64,000 nucleotides of DNA. Source: a virus. The DNA lies in IMG/VR virus record IMGVR_UViG_3300047564_002155, positions 32,001 to 96,000 of that record. The stretch is one strand, 5' to 3'. Positions 57,967 through 64,000 of this stretch are shown here, in pieces. The notes beneath the pieces are model-generated. The model did not search any database and was not told where the DNA came from. It saw nothing but the letters and a program-made list of their open reading frames with translations. The first letter of the stretch is position 1; the number at the start of each line of letters is the position of its first letter. The position numbers were made by a program, and so were the translations under genes.

Positions 57967-58572
57967 ATGGAAAAGAAATTTATATTCAATCAAGACCCAT
58001 CACGATTTTCAGCTGACCATACCAATTATTATTGGTTTCAAAATGGATTTACTGCTGAAGAATTGGCTACGATTGAACAAATGACTTCCAATTTACCATT
58101 TGAAGCCGCGGGCGTTGGTGAGTTGGATAAATCACGAGTAGAAAGCGAATATCGTAAATCATCAATTAAATGGTGTCCTCAAAACGAAGAGTGGGAATGG
58201 GTTTACGATAAGCTTGGAACTATGATTTCTGAAGCAAACAACAATATGTGGAAATTTGATTTGACTCATATGAGAGAACAAATCCAATATACTGAATACT
58301 ACGAAGGTGGTGGTCAGTATGACTGGCATATGGATTGTGGTATTGGTATTCAAGCCCAACGCAAAGTTTCGGTTACTGTTCAATTATCACAACCTGATGA
58401 ATACGAGGGTGGTGATTTACAATTTATGTTAGGTGCTGGTCAGATTTGGGCTCCACGAGTTCAAGGGGCTGCTGTTATTTTCCCATCATTTTTCTTACAC
58501 CGAGTTACGCCTGTAACCAAGGGGACTCGTAAGTCATTTGTTCTTTGGGTTGGTGGAGAACCATATAGATAA
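57967..58572 (+). CDS. 2OG-Fe(II) oxygenase (prolyl-4-hydroxylase/PKHD-like)
   Basis: 'YDWHMD', 'RKVSVTVQLS..DEYEGGDL', 'IFPSFFLHRVTPVTKGTRKSFVLW' give the HxD...H...R motif. Confidence 0.9.
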   Translation: MEKKFIFNQDPSRFSADHTNYYWFQNGFTAEELATIEQMTSNLPFEAAGVGELDKSRVESEYRKSSIKWCPQNEEWEWVYDKLGTMISEANNNMWKFDLTHMREQIQYTEYYEGGGQYDWHMDCGIGIQAQRKVSVTVQLSQPDEYEGGDLQFMLGAGQIWAPRVQGAAVIFPSFFLHRVTPVTKGTRKSFVLWVGGEPYR

Positions 58573-58575
58573 TCT

Positions 58576-59874
58576 ATGAGAAAAACTAAATTACCATCTG
58601 CATTAGTTTATGGGTGGGATAAGTTTGGTGAATTCTCCATCCCATCTACACTATCAGAACACGAAGGACTTGTAGAAGATGTAGTGATTTTCTCTTGCGA
58701 AGACCATTTTAATTTTTATGTTGATTTTTCAAAATATCAGCCAGATGTAATTATTACATTTGGTGATAAAAATCAATATGAATCTATTTTAGAAGCTTCT
58801 GATGAAAACCTTGTAAATACAAAGTGGACTCACATTGATGAAATTTTAAGTGATGAGGAGCTTGCAAATAAAGTAGATGAATTGTCTACCTATTGGAGTT
58901 GTGGTTCAAATCAAAATGTTTTTGGTTCTAAAGACCTACCATTCTTTTCAGCATTTACCGGAACTTACAAAACCGGTGATAGAATTTTCAGAACCTATAA
59001 TGGTCTAAAAAATCAAACTTATAAAAATTGGGAATGGGTTGTTATTGATGACTCGCCTGAAGATGATTTTGATACTTGGAATAAACTACAAGAAATCGCA
59101 TCCCGAGACCATAGAGTAAAAATTCATAGAATTACACCAAATACGGGCGGTAATGTTGGTGAGGTTAAACACCGAGCTGCTATGTTATGTAATGGTGATT
59201 GGTTATTGGAGTATGACCATGATGATGTGATTGCATCAACATACTTTGAAGAGTGTGTCAAAGCATCAAAGCAATATCCTGATGCTGGATTTATTTTTAC
59301 CGGATGTGCTGAACTTTACGAAGATGGTAAACACAAACAATATGGTCCAATTGACCCAACGGGTTATGGTAGATATGGTTTTAATAACTACACTTGGGCT
59401 TATTCGTGGCACGAATGGGTGGAAATTGATGGTAAAAAATATATTGGAGGATTTGCTCCAAGTATAAATCCAAAAACTATTAGATATAATATGGGTATGC
59501 CAAATCACGCACGAATGTGGCATAGAGATGTGTATCATAAAGTCAGAGGTCACAATAGATATATTTCCGTAGCAGATGATTTTGAACTGATTGTAAAAAC
59601 ATTCCTAACAACACGAATGTTAAAAATTGATAAAATCCTATATATGCAATGGAATAATTATTCAAGCACTGTTGATATGAACTTAACTGATATTAATAGA
59701 AGAGCACGAATAATTAGAAATTACTATGATAAAGCTATTCACGAGCGAATCCTTGAACTTGGAAAAGAAGATTGGGATTGGGATGAAGAAACTCAAAAAT
59801 GCCATCACGCTTGGTGGATAGATAGAAGTAGATATTTTGAAAAAGAACAAGTTTTAAATTACACGATAAAATAA
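58576..59874 (+). CDS. GT2-family (GT-A) glycosyltransferase with N-terminal extension
   Basis: 'NQTYKNWEWVVIDDSP', 'GDWLLEYDHDD' (DxD), 'ADDFEL'. Confidence 0.85.
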   Translation: MRKTKLPSALVYGWDKFGEFSIPSTLSEHEGLVEDVVIFSCEDHFNFYVDFSKYQPDVIITFGDKNQYESILEASDENLVNTKWTHIDEILSDEELANKVDELSTYWSCGSNQNVFGSKDLPFFSAFTGTYKTGDRIFRTYNGLKNQTYKNWEWVVIDDSPEDDFDTWNKLQEIASRDHRVKIHRITPNTGGNVGEVKHRAAMLCNGDWLLEYDHDDVIASTYFEECVKASKQYPDAGFIFTGCAELYEDGKHKQYGPIDPTGYGRYGFNNYTWAYSWHEWVEIDGKKYIGGFAPSINPKTIRYNMGMPNHARMWHRDVYHKVRGHNRYISVADDFELIVKTFLTTRMLKIDKILYMQWNNYSSTVDMNLTDINRRARIIRNYYDKAIHERILELGKEDWDWDEETQKCHHAWWIDRSRYFEKEQVLNYTIK

Positions 59875-59882
59875 GGAACAAT

Positions 59883-61595
59883 ATGAAAGTTTTGTTTGTA
59901 GTTGGATATCAGAAAACCCCATTTAATCCTTTTGTTTGGATTAAAGAAGGAATTGGTGGTTCTGAATACGCTGTTATAAAATTAGCTCATCAAATGTCAA
60001 AGCAGGGTGATGAGGTTGTTGTCACAGGTCAAGTTGTTCCGTGTGAAGTTGAGGGTATTAAGTATATACCATATGAATCCCTTGGAACAAATCAACATTA
60101 TGATGTTGTAATTGCTACAAATTATATTCACTATATTAATGAACTTGACTCACGAGAAATAACTTTTGACAAATCTTATTTTTGGATTCATAATAATGAA
60201 TATTACGCATATTGGAATGGTCAAATATTAGAGGATTTTGGAAAAGAACATTTACAAAATTCAAGGATGACTAATGTGATTGCAGTATCGGATTACTCCG
60301 CAAAAATACTTGAAGAAAAGTATACTGAAATGGTGGGAAAGGTCAGAGTTATTCCAAACGCTATTGACCCAACTGACTGGAATGGTATCCGATTTGATAA
60401 CAAACGAAAAAACAAATTTGTATATACATCCGCTGCTGATAGAGGTTTAAAAAACCTACTTGAAATCTGGCCGCAGATTCGTGACGCCAGACCCGAAGCG
60501 ACTCTTTGGGTAGCAAGTCCACCATACGCATTAGATTGGTATGAAGACTATAAGGGATTCTATGATGGTGTTCATTTTGTGGATAATCTACCACCAAGAG
60601 AATTATATGAGTTGATTGCTTCATCGGAGTATTGGGTATATCCATCACAATACGATGAAACCTATTGTATTACAGCATTGGAAATGATGATGGGTGAGGT
60701 TTCAATCATAACAACCGATACCGGAAATTTAGCAAGTATCATTCCAGCGCGAGGTGCTGTGGTATCTTCTGAAAGTGATGTTGAAACTTTAAAAAAACAA
60801 ATTTTAGAAAAACTTGAATTTGTAGAATCGGATGCTGCTTTTAGAAAGTTTTCAAAAGAAAATGCTAAATCTTTTGTTCTAAAACAAACTTGGGAAAATG
60901 TAGAAAAAATTTGGAGAAATCTTATGAACGAAACACAACCCAACCGACAAGAACAAACTGATATGTTAGCTTTACATCCTGAATTATATTCTTACAAATA
61001 TGACAAAATTGGATGGTTGGAACGATTTGTAACCTATGATGCGAGAATTAGAGAATGGGATTTGATTTCAGATGAACAATTTGATGGATGTTTTACATTT
61101 CCATTATTTACTGAAGAATTTTGTAAGATGATTCGTGAAGAGGCAGAACATTCAAAAAAATGGACTTACAAAAGACACGAATATTATCCAACCACGGATA
61201 TGCTATTATCTGAATTGGGATTGAATGAAATTTACTATGAAGTTCTCCAAACCTATGTAATGCAATTTATGATTCACAAATTTGGTTTAGAAGGTAGGGG
61301 ATGGGATTCTTTAAATTCTGAAAACTTTTTAGCAAGATACACACCAGACACTCAAGGTCATCTTTCAATACACCACGACTCTTCTGATTTAACTTGTTTA
61401 GTCCAACTATCAGACCTTGATGAATATGAAGGTGGTGGAACTTGGTTTTGGAGACAAAAAAAATTAATAAAAGGTGGAATCGGATATTGTACGGTACATC
61501 CTGGAAATATAACTCACAAGCACGGAGCAAGACCTGTAAGTAAGGGAAGTCGTTATATTATTGTATCGTTTATGAAAAATTTGGAAAGATATTAA
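59883..61595 (+). CDS. GT4 (GT-B) glycosyltransferase fused to PLOD-like lysyl-hydroxylase domain
   Basis: 'GIGGSE', 'IPNAID', '[15 protein letters not shown]' (EX7E); C-terminal 'FPLFTEEFC...YPTTDM...[21 protein letters not shown]...YEGGGT...[25 protein letters not shown]'. Confidence 0.88.
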   Translation: [570 protein letters not shown]

Positions 61596-61601
61596 CCATA
61601 C

Positions 61602-61609
61602 TATTTATA
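61602..61609 (+). promoter_or_regulatory. Putative late promoter TATTTATA (neck genes)
   Basis: Recurrent intergenic motif. Confidence 0.5.
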
Positions 61610-61634
61610 TATTGAGGTATAAAAAGGAGAGTTA

Positions 61635-62831
61635 ATGGCAATTCAAATTCCAATATGGCCAGGTAGTAGTTCATTTTCTTCAATATCTGCGTCTTTTTAC
61701 ACAGATTCATCCACAACTAAACCAACACCATTTGGTTTTTTTGATAGTGATTCTACGTTTAAGTCAGATGCTGATAATGTAGCCAATTGGTGCGCAAACC
61801 GATTGGGTTATCCCATTGTTGATATTGAATTACAAGATATAAACTTTTTTGCTTGTTTTGAAGAAGCCGCTAACGAATATTCTTCACAAATCAATCAGTA
61901 TAGAGCAAAAGAAAATCTTTTGTCTCTTCAAGGTTCAAGTTTAAACAACACACTTGCTAGTAAGCAACTAAATAGTAATATGCAGGGTGTAGTAAATCTT
62001 GCGAAAGATTACGGAACCGAAGCAAAAAGTGGTGGTAGATTAACACACTATACCGGTTCATTCACTATGGTAGAGGGTCAACAAATCTACAATCTAAATG
62101 ATAGTAGTGTTGTATCACTTGAATCAGGTTCAGTTACAAATGGACTTACCATTCGTAAAGTATTCCACGAAGCACCGCCTGCGATTGTAAGATACTTTGA
62201 CCCATTCGTTGGAACAGGTATGGGTTCTCAACAAATGATGGATACTTTTGGGTGGGGTAACTATTCACCGGGTGTATCATTTTTAATGCAACCAATGTAT
62301 GATGACTTACTTCGTTTACAAGCAATTGAGTTTAACGACCAAATTCGTAAATCTCAATATTCATTTCAATTAGTTAATAATCGTATTAAAATATTCCCAC
62401 TTCCGGTTTCAGGTGATGGTGGTGTAAAAATATACTTTGAATATACATTAGATACTGAAGCAAATAATCCAATTATAGCATCAAATGTGGTTAGTGATTT
62501 TTCTAATGCTCCGTTTGAAAGATTAACATATACTTCAATCAATTCAGCTGGTAGACAATGGATTACCAAGTATACTCTTGCATTAGCTAAAGAAGTTCTT
62601 GGTGCGGTAAGAGCAAAGTTCTCCGCTATTCCAATTCCGGGAGCAGACATCACATTGGATGGTGGTGACCTTCGTAACGAAGCTGCTGCAGAAAAAGAAG
62701 CACTCCTAACTCAATTAAAAGAAATGTTAGAAGCTACATCTAAAAAAGCATTGATGGAAGCCAAACGAGATGAGGCTGAATTCCTTGAGTCTACACTTGC
62801 AAGAATTCCAAGACCAATTTATATAGGATAA
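61635..62831 (+). CDS. Neck protein (T4 gp13-like)
   Basis: 'RLGYPIVDIELQD', 'WITKYTLALAKEVLG..RAKF..IPIPG..ITLDG..L..EA..E...L'. Confidence 0.8.
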   Translation: MAIQIPIWPGSSSFSSISASFYTDSSTTKPTPFGFFDSDSTFKSDADNVANWCANRLGYPIVDIELQDINFFACFEEAANEYSSQINQYRAKENLLSLQGSSLNNTLASKQLNSNMQGVVNLAKDYGTEAKSGGRLTHYTGSFTMVEGQQIYNLNDSSVVSLESGSVTNGLTIRKVFHEAPPAIVRYFDPFVGTGMGSQQMMDTFGWGNYSPGVSFLMQPMYDDLLRLQAIEFNDQIRKSQYSFQLVNNRIKIFPLPVSGDGGVKIYFEYTLDTEANNPIIASNVVSDFSNAPFERLTYTSINSAGRQWITKYTLALAKEVLGAVRAKFSAIPIPGADITLDGGDLRNEAAAEKEALLTQLKEMLEATSKKALMEAKRDEAEFLESTLARIPRPIYIG

Positions 62832-62835
62832 TCCA

Positions 62836-63366
62836 ATGGCGTTATTTGGTGGTCAGAGAGATATGTCTTTGTTTAGAACATTAAACAAGGAACTTATCAA
62901 TGATATTATTGATACTGAAGTTTATTTTTTTAAATTCGCTATAAGTGAAACAAAAAACAATTTATACGGAGAAAGTAAAAATAAACAATATTACAATCCT
63001 GTAAAAATTCCGTGTCTAATAGAGTACAATACCCTTGAACAAATTTCAGATGAGTTTGGTCAGTATTATTCAAGAAATGTTGAATTTAGATTTCTTCGTG
63101 ATACTTTAAAAGATGACAAAGATATACATCCGGATGTGGGTGATATTGTTGAATGGAATCACGAATATTTCCAAATTGATTCGGTAGCAGAATCTCAATT
63201 ATTTGCAGGTAAGAATCCAGATACTTGGGATGGTGGTGAAAGTCAAGGTTATTCAATATCATTTATATGTGCTGCACATATGACACGACAATCTACTATT
63301 AATTTAGTTGATAACCGATTTGGTAATTCTAATAACACAACTAATACAATACCGGTGGGAATTTAA
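62836..63366 (+). CDS. Head closure/neck protein (T4 gp14-like)
   Basis: Position after gp13-like gene; 'FG', 'PDVGDIVEWN..YFQI..V' pattern. Confidence 0.6.
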   Translation: MALFGGQRDMSLFRTLNKELINDIIDTEVYFFKFAISETKNNLYGESKNKQYYNPVKIPCLIEYNTLEQISDEFGQYYSRNVEFRFLRDTLKDDKDIHPDVGDIVEWNHEYFQIDSVAESQLFAGKNPDTWDGGESQGYSISFICAAHMTRQSTINLVDNRFGNSNNTTNTIPVGI

Positions 63367-64000
63367 TGGCAAATCGTTATAGAGTAGTTGACCCTAATAA
63401 GCCGGACTTGAGACAAACACAAAGTTCTACTCAAGATGACCCTGTATTAAACAAAGCGAACCAGGTTCGTAGAGATACTGATAATGTTAAAAACATTTCA
63501 ATTGGATTATACGATATTGACCTTGCGTTTAAAGATTTTTTGGAAAGAGATGTAAAGCCAATGGTCAATGAAAATGGCCAGTTAGTTCAAGTTCCGGTGA
63601 TGTATGCAAATCCAGAGAAGTGGAAATCTGCCCAACAAGACCTTTTTATGAGGGATGATAATGGAATGATTTTAACACCTGTGATTGTATTTAAAAGAAA
63701 TTCTATGTCTCCAAATACGGATATGGCAAAACTAAAAGTTATAAATGCTGAAGATGCTAATCAGATGTTTGAAAGAACATATACAAGGGACAATAGATAC
63801 GACCAATTTTCAATATTGACAGGTCAAAAACCTTCTAAAGAATACTATGCTGTTGAAAAGCCGGATTATGTAAACGTGGAATATTCTACCATTGTTTGGT
63901 GTGATTACCAAGAGCAAGTAAATAAAATTGTAGAACAAATTGTATTTTTCCAAGGTCGTTCTTTTGGTGATAGATATAAATTTGTAGTAAAGTCAGATTC
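63366..64000 (+). CDS. Tail terminator/sheath stabiliser (T4 gp15-like), 3'-truncated, not in the ORF track
   Basis: ATG 63366 overlaps the previous stop; frame open to the window end; 'QVPVMYANPEKW' and 'QVNKIVEQI' resemble gp15. Confidence 0.65.
   Translation, partial: MANRYRVVDPNKPDLRQTQSSTQDDPVLNKANQVRRDTDNVKNISIGLYDIDLAFKDFLERDVKPMVNENGQLVQVPVMYANPEKWKSAQQDLFMRDDNGMILTPVIVFKRNSMSPNTDMAKLKVINAEDANQMFERTYTRDNRYDQFSILTGQKPSKEYYAVEKPDYVNVEYSTIVWCDYQEQVNKIVEQIVFFQGRSFGDRYKFVVKSD

Noticed and set aside
49220-61595. Eukaryotic or giant-virus origin suggested by collagen and PLOD
   Set aside because: Flanked by T4-like capsid, portal, terminase and neck genes with bacterial-type terminators, SD-like leaders and the same promoter motif.
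1-64000. Stop-codon reassignment as seen in some large phages
   Set aside because: Core genes are full length and densely packed under the standard code; TGA stops such as 9170-9172 are followed by out-of-frame starts.
1-64000. tRNA, rRNA, transposase, integrase or diversity-generating retroelement
   Set aside because: None recognised; intergenic gaps are short and no reverse transcriptase or recombinase motifs were seen.

Overview
A 64-kb, AT-rich segment of a large T4-like ('jumbo/huge') myophage genome, with every credible gene on the + strand. In order it carries: baseplate/tail and LamG/C1q fibre genes (1-12.6 kb); a T7-endonuclease-I-like resolvase, a primase and a fused SbcD-SbcC (gp47-gp46) nuclease; putative head-internal modular proteins; a spanin-like pair; a T4-type head cluster (terminase, portal, prohead protease, ribosomal protein bS21, scaffold, major capsid) and PhoH; Ser-rich 'SSSAQ' fibre paralogues; two giant collagen genes with modifying enzymes; and neck/tail-terminator genes (gp13/14/15-like). 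bS21 inside the head cluster suggests a Bacteroidetes-infecting freshwater-type phage (inference). Two candidate undescribed systems stand out. (1) A phage 'procollagen maturation' locus (49.2-61.6 kb): two ~1,200-residue Gly-X-Y chains, each with an N-terminal Hint domain that appears able to cleave only at its C-terminus, followed by a 2OG-Fe(II) hydroxylase, a GT2 glycosyltransferase, and a GT4 fused to a domain closely resembling animal PLOD lysyl hydroxylases. (2) Modular polyproteins whose short unrelated domains are separated by an ESVNE linker, a likely prohead-protease site, encoded by a DNA-conserved 15-mer GAATCRGTAAAYGAA. Also seen: a recurrent TA(T/C)TTAT(A/T) putative late promoter, a GC-rich structured RNA leader, and an 18-bp direct repeat flanking a fibre gene. 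No tRNA, rRNA, CRISPR array or transposon was recognised. All assignments come from motif recognition by eye; no database searches were run.
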